NCBI RefSeq assembly: GCF_004010195.1
Contig: NC_057717.1
Span: 107,321,093-107,385,092, forward strand
Direction: 5' to 3'
DNA from: Chiloscyllium plagiosum
Taxonomy: Eukaryota
DNA: 64,000 nucleotides
Shown: one piece after another, positions 41,560 to 52,193 of the stretch
Position numbering within the stretch: position 1 is the first letter of the stretch
How the letters are laid out: each line of letters starts with the position of its first letter
Notes under the pieces: model-generated
What the model saw: the letters and a program-made list of their open reading frames with translations, nothing else
What the model was told of the DNA's origin: nothing
Database searches by the model: none
Program-made: the position numbers and the translations under genes

Positions 41560-42627
41560 CCACCTTGCTGATCTTTGAGGGGCCCTAGTCTCTCCCTAGT
41601 TACCCTTTTGTCCTTTATGCACTTGTAAAAACTCTTTGGATTCTCCTTAATTCTATTTGTCAATACTATCTCACGTCCCATTTTTGCCCTCCTGAGTTCC
41701 CTCTTAAGTATACACCTGCTTCCTTTATACTCTTCTAAGGATTCACTCGACCTATCCTGTCGCTTCCTTCTTTTTCTTAACCAAACCCTCAATTTCTTTA
41801 GTCATCCAGCATGCCCTATACCTACCCACCTTTCCTTTCACCCTGACAGGAATATACTTTCTCTGGATTCTTGTTATCTCATTTCTGAAGGCTTCCCATT
41901 TTCCAGCCGTCTCTTTACCTGCAAACATCTGCCTCCAGTCAGCTTTCAAAAGTTCTTGCCTAATACCATCAAAATCTATCTGCTGGAGTTATTTTCCCAG
42001 GAGCATCAGTGGCTGAGTGGTGACTTTATAGAGTTTTATAAAATTACAAGAGGCATGGATCAGGTGAATAGTCAAGGTTTCTCCCCAGGGTAGAGGAGTC
42101 CAAAAGTAGAAGGCATAGGTTAAGATGAGAGGGGAAGGATATAAAATGGACCCGAGGGGACTTTTTCACGCAGGATGGTGCAGGTATGGGATGAACTGTC
42201 AGAAGAGCTGGTGGAGGTTGGTGCAATTACAACATTTAAAAGACATCTGGATGGGTATATGAATAGGAAGGCTTTAGAAGGTTATGGGCCAGATGCTGGC
42301 AAATGGGACTAGATGGTTTTCCTCCGGGTGCTTCAGTTTCCTCCTACAGTCCAAAGGATGTGCTGGTTAGGTGAACTGGCCATGCTAAATTGCCCATAGT
42401 GTTCAGGGATGTGTAGGTTAGGTGCATTAGTCAGAGGAAATGTAGACTAATAGGGTAGGGGAATGGATACAGGTGGGAACCCCTTTGGAGTGCCGGTGTG
42501 GATTTGTTGGGCCAAATGGCCTGTTTCCACACTGTAGGCATTCCATGATTCTATGATATCTGGTCGGCATGGAAAAGATGGACCGAAGGGGTCTGTTTTC
42601 CGTGCTGTACAGGTCTATGTCTGTGTC
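41560..42627. mobile_element. CR1 fragments (minus 41560-41975; plus 41985-42627) with a truncated HE1 SINE at about 42316-42556
   Basis: NRIKENPKSFYKCIKDKRVTRE on minus; CR1 3' UTR on plus, split by SINE V-domain and tail, ends directly against the Tigger left end. Confidence 0.8.
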
Positions 42628-42639
42628 ACAACTTTGTTT

Positions 42640-43450
42640 TAACCGGCATCCTGGTCAGCCTGCCCTCTCGACAAACCGCCAAAAATGTTGAGCCAAGTCG
42701 TCAGCGGAGGGTGCGAGTGAGAAGGCTCGCTGCCGGTAGTTCCGTGTTCCGCCGCTGCCGGATCAGTGGCGCGCTTGGCACCTTCCTGCTTCCACTTCCG
42801 CCATATTGTTTGGGAGAGTCAGACAGTGGCGGCGGTTTGTCGCGAGAACAACTGCCCCCGGCGTCCGCCATGACGGAAACTCCGACCGCTCGCTCGAGCC
42901 GCAAACGTAAACGTGTGGTACTGACACTCAAGCAGAAAATAGAAATATGTCAACGGCTTGAGAAGGGAGAGAAGCGCAGTCAGATCATGACCGAGTTCAA
43001 CATTGGCTCGTCCACTATTTATGACATAAAGCGGCAGAAGCAGGAGCTGCTGAAGTTTTACACACTGTCAGAGAGCAGCGGGAGTGCGGATAAGAGGCGC
43101 ACGCTGAAGAAACCCAAACTGGAAGAACTCGACACGGTGTTGTACCAGTGGTTTGCCCTCAAGCGCCTGGAGGGGATTCCGATGACACGGGCGATGCTGA
43201 TCGAAAAGGCCAAGGAGCTGTACACCAAGTTGCAGCTGACTGGCCCTTGCGCCTTTTCTGAAGGCTGGCTCACTTGTTTTAAGTTACGGCATGGCATACG
43301 GCACCTGGACCTGTCAGGGGGGAGCACGGCAGCTGAGTGCCGAGCACAGGGATCGTTGTGTGATCACTTCGCAAAAATCGTTGCTGAACACGGTCTTTCA
43401 CCCGACCAGATCTATAACGCTGATGAGAGCGGGCTGCTCTGGAGATACCT
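42640..43450 (+). promoter_or_regulatory. CpG island / probable promoter of the JRK-like gene, with overlapping ETS and YY1 motifs
   Basis: About 30 CpG counted in 42661-42960, against CpG-depleted surroundings. ACTTCCG (ETS/GABP) at 42794-42800 overlaps CCGCCATATT (YY1) at 42798-42807. Kozak tccgccATG at 42870. Confidence 0.7.
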
Positions 43451-44531
43451 TCCGGAATCAGCTCTGCCAGGTTCTGGTGAGGCTCATGCTGAGGGATTGA
43501 AGAAGAACAAAGATCGGATAACAGTCCTCGTTTGCGCCAATGCCGCTGGAACACACCAGATAAAACTTTTTGTCGTCGGGAAATCCAAGAATCCATGTGT
43601 TTTCAAGAATTTGCGTCACCTACCTGTTGGGTACAGTGCTCAAAGTAATTCATGGATGGACGTTCAATTATTCACTCATTGGTTTCACCACTTTTTTGTC
43701 CCTTCGGTTAAGCAGCATTTCCGAAAGATTGGAAAACCCGAAGACAGCAAGTGTATCTTATTGCTGGATAACTGTAGAGCTCATCCTCCAGAGTCGAAAT
43801 TGGTGTCAGGAAATATATTTGTTATTTATTTACCACTGAAAGTGACTGCGTTAATCCAGCCCATGGACCAAGGGATCATCGAAAATTTAAAGTGTCACTA
43901 CAGAAAAAACTTATTACGTAAACTTTTGAGCAGTAATGAAAAGATTACCAAGTTTCAGAATGTATATACTCTGGAAGATGCAGTGTATAATGTAGCTTGT
44001 GCTTGGAAGTTAGTTAAGCCCCAGACTTTGAGGTGTGCTTGGCATAAATTATTGCCCAATGTAAGTTTATCTTCAGATGAAGAATTCGAAGATTTCAGAG
44101 TTTGTCAGAAGAAAAGTACAGTCATGGAAATGGCTTTGATGATGAAAAATGTGCAAAGTGATGAAAATCTTGTGTGTAAATTTAGTGAACAAGAATTGGA
44201 ACTGTGGGTTGATGTTGATAAAGATGTTAGGCATGTGTTGAATGATGATGAAATAATTAAGACCGCCTTGAATCCAACGAAAGAGAGCGAATCTGAAAGG
44301 AACACTGATGAAGAATTGCATGAAGTGAGGGTTTCTTGGGCTAAGGCGGCAGAGGCCTTTCAGGTGTTGCTTAAATTTGCTGAAACTCAAAATTGCTACA
44401 CCGCGCAAGAAGTCATTCGGTTACATTTACTGCATTCTACATTCTTACAGAAAAAGCAAGATTATTTTAAGCTAGCTGACATTCAGGATTTGTTTAAGAA
44501 AGAAAATGTTGAATCAGGTGGCGATCCTTGA
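42870..44531 (+). CDS. Intact JRK (jerky)-like / Tigger transposase-derived protein, 553 aa, single exon
   Basis: CENP-B-type N-terminal HTH (KRKRVVLTLKQKIEICQRLEKGE); second HTH (LDTVLYQWF...FSEGWLTCFKLRHGI); DDE_1 domain with YNADESGL, LLLDNCRAHP and QPMDQGII (DD32D); JRK-like C-terminal VSWAKAAEAFQVLLKFAETQ. No stops or frameshifts. Confidence 0.93.
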   Translation: MTETPTARSSRKRKRVVLTLKQKIEICQRLEKGEKRSQIMTEFNIGSSTIYDIKRQKQELLKFYTLSESSGSADKRRTLKKPKLEELDTVLYQWFALKRLEGIPMTRAMLIEKAKELYTKLQLTGPCAFSEGWLTCFKLRHGIRHLDLSGGSTAAECRAQGSLCDHFAKIVAEHGLSPDQIYNADESGLLWRYLPESALPGSGEAHAEGLKKNKDRITVLVCANAAGTHQIKLFVVGKSKNPCVFKNLRHLPVGYSAQSNSWMDVQLFTHWFHHFFVPSVKQHFRKIGKPEDSKCILLLDNCRAHPPESKLVSGNIFVIYLPLKVTALIQPMDQGIIENLKCHYRKNLLRKLLSSNEKITKFQNVYTLEDAVYNVACAWKLVKPQTLRCAWHKLLPNVSLSSDEEFEDFRVCQKKSTVMEMALMMKNVQSDENLVCKFSEQELELWVDVDKDVRHVLNDDEIIKTALNPTKESESERNTDEELHEVRVSWAKAAEAFQVLLKFAETQNCYTAQEVIRLHLLHSTFLQKKQDYFKLADIQDLFKKENVESGGDP

Positions 44532-44615
44532 ATGGTAGTGACTCAACCTGATGATCCTAGTAATGTGATTCTGGTGATAATGTTTAAGTTATGTTTTAAG
44601 TCTAATTTACATTTA

Positions 44616-45678
44616 CAGGGGAACCTCAATTATCCGAACGAGATGGGCGGGCACTATTTCGTTCGGATAATTGATTATTCGGTTAATTGATTAAATGCCT
44701 TTCCTCTGGGGCTCAAGAGTTTTTAAAAGTCTGATTCCCATTCAGGAGACTGCAGCAGCACACCAACCCCATCCAACCTCACGCCCCCAACCCCATCCAA
44801 CACCGCCTCCGCTCCAAACCTGTCCAGCTCCACCCTGCCCCTAACCCCATCCAGCCCCGCCCCAATCCCAAGCAAAACTCATCCCACCTCCCCAACTCTG
44901 TCCAACACCGTTTCTTCCCCCCCCGACCCCCCAGTCCGCCCTCACCCCCCTCTCCGGGGCAGCTGGACACCCAACAACAGGACTGCTGCTAGTGTAGCAG
45001 ATGCCTTTTTCTGGTAAGTCTCCAAATAGCGCACGCACGCACAGCCGCAGCCACACATACAACGTTTTGTGGGCGGCACGGTGGCACAGTGGTTAGTACT
45101 GCTGCCTCATAGCGCCAGAGACCTGGTTTCAATTCCAGCCTCAGGTGACTGACTGTGTGGAGTTTGCACGTTCTCCCTGTGTCGGCGTGGGTTTCCTCCG
45201 GGTGCTCCGGTTTCCTACCACAGTCCAAAGATGTACAGGTCAGGTAAATTGGCCATGCTAAATTGCCCTTAGTGTTAGGTAAGGAGTAAATGTAGGGGTA
45301 TGGGTGGGTTACGCTTCGGCGGGTCGGTGTGGACTTGTTGGGCCGAAGGGCATGTTTCCACACTGTAATGTAATCTAAAAAAAACCTTTTGACAGGTTCT
45401 GCCTTTGCCCTATACAGGACAATGTTGGAGAGATTATCTGGGGAAGGGGGGGAGGGTTTAGAGACACCCCTCTGTAGAACTCCAGGGAAAGTGTGGGGAG
45501 AGAGAGGGGATGGGAGGTCAGTTGTTTGGAGACTGTGCCTGTTTAATCACTGTAAACAAAAGACACGATGGCTGTTGGAAACACGTCTTTGATTAAATGT
45601 TTCTATCGGGACCTCGAGATCTCCTTCAGATAATCTGATTTTCGGATAATTGATATTCAGATAATCGAGATTCCTCTA
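44616..45678. mobile_element. Non-autonomous Tigger-type DNA transposon (MITE-like) with TA TSD
   Basis: TA|caggggaacctcaattatccgaa ... ttcagataatcgagattcctcta|TA (18/23 TIR match). ttcggataat subterminal repeats; internal ccaaccccatcc low-complexity tract; nested HE1 SINE. Confidence 0.85.
45071..45377 (+). mobile_element. HE1-type SINE, full length
   Basis: gggcggcacggtggcacagtggttag head to tgtaatgtaatcta tail; approximate TSD aacgttttg/aaccttttg. Confidence 0.9.
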
Positions 45679-48477
45679 TACATTACATTCTATAAGTTTT
45701 ATTTAAGGTATTATTATTTAAGTGATTTATGCTTTAAATAGACTACAACAAACATTTTATTAACCGGCACTTCTGGAACTGGGGTGTGCTGGCTGATCAA
45801 CCAGAATATTTGCTCAACCAGCAGACTCCTGGTTCCTTAGGTGCCACTTAATAAAAAGTTTGCTATATGTGATTGTAATCCACATGCACAGAGAGTGATG
45901 CAAAATATAGTGATGCTGCTCCTTTTGGCAGAAATGTACGAACATACAAACAGATAATTTAGGAGCAACAGTAGGACATGCAGCCCCTCTAGCATGCTCC
46001 ATCATTTGATAGAACTATTTGAGTTGACCATGGCCTCAAACATACATTTCTGCCTACCCCTGATACCATTTCAATCACTTGTTAGTTTTGCATCTGTTTT
46101 TCCTTGCCTTGAGAATGACCCAGCCTCAACTGCTCCCTGTGAAGACATTTCTCGTTCTTTCAAAGACCAGTGGATACAGGCTCAACTTGTTCAACCTTTC
46201 CTTATAAGGTAACTCCCTCATCCCAGGAATCAGTCAAGTTAACCTTGTTTGCACTACTACTTTACATTATTTTTTAAATAAGGAGATAAAAACAATACAA
46301 TACTCCAGATGTGGCCTCAGCGATATTCTCAATAACTGTAGCACAGCTGCCCTACTTTTATTTTCCATTCCTCTGACAATAAACAACAGTATTCAGTTTG
46401 TCTCCTGAAACACTTGTTGTACCTGGATACACACATTTTGTGACTCATGTATCAGGATGCCCAGAACCCTCTGTAGTTCAGAGTTCTACAGTCGTTCTCT
46501 CTATTTAAATAACATGCTGCTTTTCAGTTCTCAACAACAAATTACCCCTTTTAAAGGAACAATATAATCCTCTTTAAAGGGGTAACCCAGGCTTATTAAT
46601 ACAGTCATCAGCTGGAAACTGCAGAAGGAGTACTTGTAACGCTAAACACAACAAATACGATTTGACTGAAGGCACATCCTTTACAGAGACAGGAATGAAA
46701 AAACCAATGGTATTCCCATTGATCAATAAATAATGAACATTATAAAAATTCATCGTTGAGATCTGTCATCTTTTCAAACTTGGATACATTCAAAGAAAGC
46801 TTTTAATGTATTCCACATTTAGATTAATAATTAAATTTTCTTGTTGAATTTGGTCCCAGACCTCAGGGTCACAACCACTGTAGTTCAGCTTTCCTTTCAC
46901 CAGAGGGTGTCACAGCCATAAAGCATGCTGTATTTGGGGTCTGAAACTGCACTTTTCACTATACACAAGGTCCCTGGGTGACACAACAGGTTCCAGTACA
47001 TCCAGAACACATCAGAGCACAGTACAATACTGTAAAATATCTGTTCATAAGTATGTTCGCATGTCAGATCCTTAAAATTAATAGTAATGTGAAATCCCGG
47101 TCTTCAGTATCAGCAATCTTAAATCAGACATTCGTAAAACAGGCACCTCATGGATTTTAAAACAGTTTGAACAATTTACATTTAAATAGCCCATTTATCA
47201 CAAAGAACATCCCATGGATCTTCACCAATAGTGGAAAGCATATCAGATGTTGACCAGGCAAGATTGGAATTGAGAGCAAATGTTCAGAGAAAAAAATGAG
47301 ATTCCAAGACAGATGAAGAGCTTTGTGCAAGTTCAAAAGGGAAGCACAGTAAGCCCAATTTTAAATTGCTTCATTCAGCATCATTGCTCTTTAATACTGC
47401 ACGTATAATGGCGAAGCTATGCACAATTATCATCGGGACATCTGCTTCAGCATTGTTTTGTGCTGGCCAATGTAACATTTCGTGACTTAATGGTAACATT
47501 TTGGAGAAGCCTGTCTCATTCCTCACCTCTCCCTAACTCCTGTCTCCGACTGTCTCCTATATCCTGAATCTCTATCTCCATTTTCGTGACTCTCTCTCTC
47601 CCCATCTCTTCGACTGCTTGATATTCCCCAACTCTCTCTCTCTCTCTCTCTCCCACTCCCCAGCTCACTCCTAATTCCTGACTCCTTCCATCTCTCACTC
47701 TGTCTCCTACTCCCTGACTCAAGTAGTGCTCCATTGAGAGCCAAATTTCTCACTCCTGTCATTGTTACATCTGCAACAAAGGGAGACCCATTTTAATTTG
47801 GCAAAACTAGCAGCTTTAGTGTCAGTCACCATGTGAATCCTTTATGGATATCCTGTGCTAATATGAAATGCACCATCCACCCACCCCCAACAAAATTAAA
47901 ACTCCCTCACAGTCTCTCAAACCCAGCCCCCAACATCTGAGAACCCGCCAATACCCCAGATTGCCATCCATTTGTCCTCCTTCAGTAACTGGCTGTAGTC
48001 CAGCAGCGGCCATTGCTTGAACCTGGGCTGCTGGGACTACAGAACTGCCTGCAAACCAAACGGTCTGCAGAATTCTGAGGTGGCACTTCTTCTCTAGGTG
48101 GACCAGGTGGAGAGATGTATCACCCTTAGTCAGTTAACACTTTGAGTGATCTATAGCTATGGGGCAGCCAGTTTTAGCGAGGTGATATTCTGGTGGTCTA
48201 GCCTCGCACTTGTGTGGTGCAAATGTTATTTGCCATTTTTCAACTTAAGACTAGATATTGTCTCAGTCTCATTGCATTTGGTATGGGCTGCTTCAGTTTT
48301 TGAGGAATTGTGAACGGTGTTAAATATTGTGTAATCGTTGGCCAACAGCCCCACTTCTGACCTTATGGTAGAGGGAAGGTCATTGATAAAGCAGCTAAAG
48401 GTGGTTGGGCCAAGGACACTATACTGAGGAACTCTTGGAGAGACATCGTGGAACTGAGATGACTGACCAACAGCCAC

Positions 48478-49963
48478 GAAGAGTGTGGTGCTGGAAAAGC
48501 ACAGCCGGTCAGGCAGCATCTGAGGAACAGGACAGTATATTTTGGGCATAAGCCCTTCATCAGGAATGAGGCTTGTGGGCCAAGGGGGCTGAGAGATAAA
48601 TGGGAGGGGATTGGGTGGAAGGTAGCTGAGAATGCAAGAGGTAGATGAAGGAAGGAGTGAAAGTGATAGGTCAGAGAAGAGGGTAGAGCAGATAGGTAGG
48701 AAGAAAGATGGGCAGGTAGGACTGTTCAAGAGAGCAGTACTAAGTTGGGAGGTTGCGACTGGGATAAGGTGGGGAGAGGGGGAATGCGGAAACTGGTGAA
48801 ATCTATATTGTTTGGAGGGTCCCAAGATGGAAGATGAGGCATTCTTCTGGGCATCAGGTGGTTAGGGTTTGGTGATAGAGGAGGCCCAGAACCTGCATGT
48901 CCTTGGCAGAGTGGAAGGGAGAGTTGGAGTGTTCAGCTACAAGGCAGTGGAGTTGGTTGGTGCAGGTGTCCCAGAGATGTTCTCTGACATGATGTGCAAG
49001 TTGGCGTCCTGTCTCCCCAGTGTAGAGGAGACCACATCGGGTGCAATGGATGACGTGTAGAAGTACAGGTAAATTTCTGTTGGATGTGCAAGGGGTGGGA
49101 ATGGAAATATAACTCTGGTAGTGGGGTCTATTTGTAATTGGAGTGGGGTCTCTGTAGGTGGTGGGAATGGTGGAGGTTGGTGGTGTGGAAGGTGAAGACC
49201 AGCGGGGTTCTGTCCTTGTTGCGGTTAGAAGGGTTGGGTTCAAGGGTGGAGGTGGGGAAGTGGAGGAGATGCGCTGGAGGACATTGTCGACCATGTGAGA
49301 GGAGAAATTGCGGTCTTTGTAGAAGGAGGCCATCTGGGATGTTCTATGGTGGAATTAGTCCTCCTGGAAGCAGATGCGGTGGAGGCAGAGGAATTGGGAA
49401 TAACAGAGAGCATTTTTACAGGAGGCAGGGTGGGAGGAGGTGTAGTTCAAGTAGTTATGGGAGTCGGTGGGTTTGTACTGGATGTCTGTGTTGAATAGAT
49501 TGCCAGAAATGGAGATGGAGAGCCCCAGGATGGGAGGGAGGTGCGGGTCATGCAAGTCCTGGGCCTCCTCCACTGCCAAACCCTAACCGCTCAATGCCTG
49601 GAAGAAGTACGTCTCATCTTCCGTCCTGGGACCCTCCAACCACACAGGACCAATGTGAATTTCACCAGTTTCCCACTCGGACCTCCAGCACTGCCTCAGG
49701 AGACTGTCTGTGTGGAGTTCGTACATTTTCCCCATGTCTGCGTGGGATTCCTCCCACAATCCAATGATGTGCAGGTCGGGTGAATTGGCCATGCTAAATT
49801 GCCCATAATGTTAGGTGCATTAGTCAGGGGTAAATATAGGGTCGGGGAATGGGTTTGGGTAGGTTGCTCTTTGGAGGGTCAGTGTGGACTTGTTGGGTCA
49901 AATGGCCTGTTCCTATACTGTAGGGAATCAAATCTAATCTGCAGTCCTCGCTCTCTCTTGATA
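48478..49963 (-). mobile_element. Penelope-like element (GIY-YIG fragment) with inverted 3' segment and a nested partial HE1 SINE, inserted in a LINE remnant
   Basis: ORF track: VIHCTRCGLLYTGETGRQLAHHVREHL and YKPTDSHNYLNYTSSHP. Inverted piece at 49541-49680; aacagccac on both flanks. Confidence 0.82.
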
Positions 49964-50377
49964 AACAGCCACTACTTTCTTATGTGGCAGGTATGACTCC
50001 AAACACTGGAGAACTTTTCCCTCGAATCCCAATAAATCCAGTTTTGCTAGAGTTCCTTAATAACACACTTAATCAGATGTGGCCTTGATGTCAAAGGTTG
50101 TTACTCACTTCATCTCTGGAATTCAGATGTTTTATCCATGGTTGAACCAAGGCTGCAATGAGTTCAGGCAGAGTGGCCCTGGCAGAGCCCAAACTGGGCA
50201 TCAATAAATAATGCAATCTCAAAGGATATGGGGAAAACAGCAAAATGATATTGAAGTAGATCAGGCATTATCTCACTGAATGGTGCAGTGATCTCAAAGG
50301 CTGAATGGCCTCTCCTGCTCTTTTTATTATGTTCTTATTCTAAAATACAATGCATTCTTTAAATTTGTTGTACTTAC

Positions 50378-50419
50378 ATCTTCTGCATTCACAGCTAGGA
50401 CACTGCTGCTCTTTTTCAT
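50378..50419 (-). CDS. PDE4A: First coding exon segment of the PDE4 long isoform (MKKSSSVLAVNAED)
   Basis: cacaATGAAAAAGAGCAGCAGTGTCCTAGCTGTGAATGCAGAAGAT|gtaagt. 42 nt, phase 0, compatible with exon 8185-7953. Resembles PDE4B1 MKKSRSVMTVMADD and PDE4A8 MKRSRSALSV starts (from memory). Candidate acceptors put the exon start at 50441 or 50488. Confidence 0.82.
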
Positions 50420-52193
50420 TGTGAGAAAGTTTGGCCCAGTCCTGTGATAAGGAGAAGAATGGTCACAGTGTATAAACTTCAGCCAGTTCTGCGATGAAAA
50501 TAATGTGCTGGTTACTGCATCAGGAGTTGCCAGTCCTGGTTTCAGCTTTATGAAGACCCTGTTGCTTGGAGTCTGCGAATATTTTAATCAAATATTTTTA
50601 AATTATCAGCACCAGGAATAAAATGCTTGCATGTCCTGATATCTCCTGTAGATGAAGAACAAAGGGGAGTATTATATGTTCATGTGAACATAGGCATGAA
50701 TAAAATAAGTGAAAAAAAATCAAAACTTCTGCAGAACCTCAATGTGTAATGGTAATTGCCTCTGCATTCCAATGTACTGTGTGACTTTTTTGTGTTGAAT
50801 TCATCTTTTTGTACAACTACAGCAATCTCTACCTTTTTCTTCTTATTGAAGATCTTTGAACTTGACATCACCTCCCTGTCTCACTATTCAGAGATCTCTA
50901 CTCTGGTTTTCTTCCTATATACAGCATCAAAATAGTGTTTGACATGATCACCAATTACATCTCCTTAAACTATAATGATGTCTGTCTACAAAATGTGACA
51001 TGGTGAATCATATCATCCTCCTCTGCTATGTTTCATTTGTTTCTACTTTAGTGTCAAGTGAGGTCTATTTATGCTATTTCCACCACAGTTTGCACCTTTT
51101 CCAGCTTCTCCTCCAGCTCCCTCCATAGTAATCTCCAGAGTCTCCCAAGATCTGTTCTTGGTTGTCTTTAAATGCTGCCACCCAATGACAACTAAATTGT
51201 GCAACTGTATATTCCACACTGAGGAAGATTGTCAAGAACTTGGAGAAGTACAAAGGTTTACCAGGTGCAACTCCTCAGTACTTAAGCAATCCATAATCAT
51301 AAGCAGCAAAATGAGGATAACATTCAGACTTGGGCTGATAAATGGCAAGGAATATTCGTGCTTCACAAGTACTAGCCCATCACCAACACAAGGGAATATA
51401 ACCATCTCCCACAGACATTATTTAAATTGCTGATTCACCTATATCATAGGAACATATGGAATATGAGTGAGAGCGAGAACATATAGTTTGTCAAGTCTGT
51501 TCTGCACTTAATAGCTTATTGCAGGTTTCAGGTCCACCTTCCTGTTCATTTTCCATCCCATATCCATCGATTCCCTGAGGAAACCAGAAATCTGTCTATC
51601 CCATACTTCAACATATTCAATGATTGAGCATCCACAATGGTCTGGGGTAGAGAATTCTAAAGATTCAGAAATCTCTGAAGTAACTTGTCCTCATCTCAAT
51701 CCAAAACAATTGGCCCTTTATCCCAAGACTGTGCCTCCATGTACCCTACTGTGCCCTTTCACAGTCCTGTAAGTTTCAATGCCCCTCATTCTTCTAAACT
51801 CTAGAAAATATGAGCTCAAACCATCCAACTTCTTGTCACAATCCTCACCAAACACCAGTCCAGGGACCAATCCCAAGAGGCTTTGCTATCTGACCTCCTA
51901 TGCAAGTTTGCCCCTCCTTCAATACAGAGATCTAAACTCCACACAGTATTCAAAATTTAGTGTCATCGAAATACTGTACAATTGTAACAAGATCTCCTTT
52001 TCTGCACCTCAATCCACTTACAATAAAGGTCAATATGCTAGTTGCCATTCTAATTGCTTGCTGTATCTGTATGTTAACTTTCTTCTGTACCATGTAAGAG
52101 CCAATCTAAATCTCTTTGAACACCAACATCAAAATATTCTGCTTTTTTATTCTCATTACTAGAATGAATAAGTTAACATTTATCCATTTTATA

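Larger units (their letters stand above)
42630..45865 (+). mobile_element. Relic Tigger (pogo) DNA transposon frame around the JRK-like ORF
   Basis: Left aactttgttttaaccggca (42630-42648) is a 15/19 inverted match to right tgccacttaataaaaagtt (45842-45860). The right end finishes tgcta|TA. aaccggca-like subterminal repeats occur at both ends. Confidence 0.65.

Noticed and set aside
42609..42620. tacaggtct as the left TA-CAGG end of the Tigger
   Set aside because: It belongs to the CR1 3' tail (gctgtac...ctatg) and has no matching inverted repeat on the right; the better TIR match starts at 42630.
42711..42869. 53-aa GTG-initiated N-terminal extension of the 606-aa ORF
   Set aside because: Homology begins just after the ATG at 42870, which has a good Kozak context. 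The open frame upstream is explained by GC richness and overlaps the promoter motifs.
44760..44950. C-rich repeat array as CRISPR or telomeric repeat
   Set aside because: Irregular low-complexity ccaaccccatcc tract inside a MITE in vertebrate DNA; no repeat-spacer structure and no TTAGGG units.
45071..45145. tRNA gene
   Set aside because: A/B boxes are the tRNA-derived head of the HE1 SINE; the same applies to the other copies.
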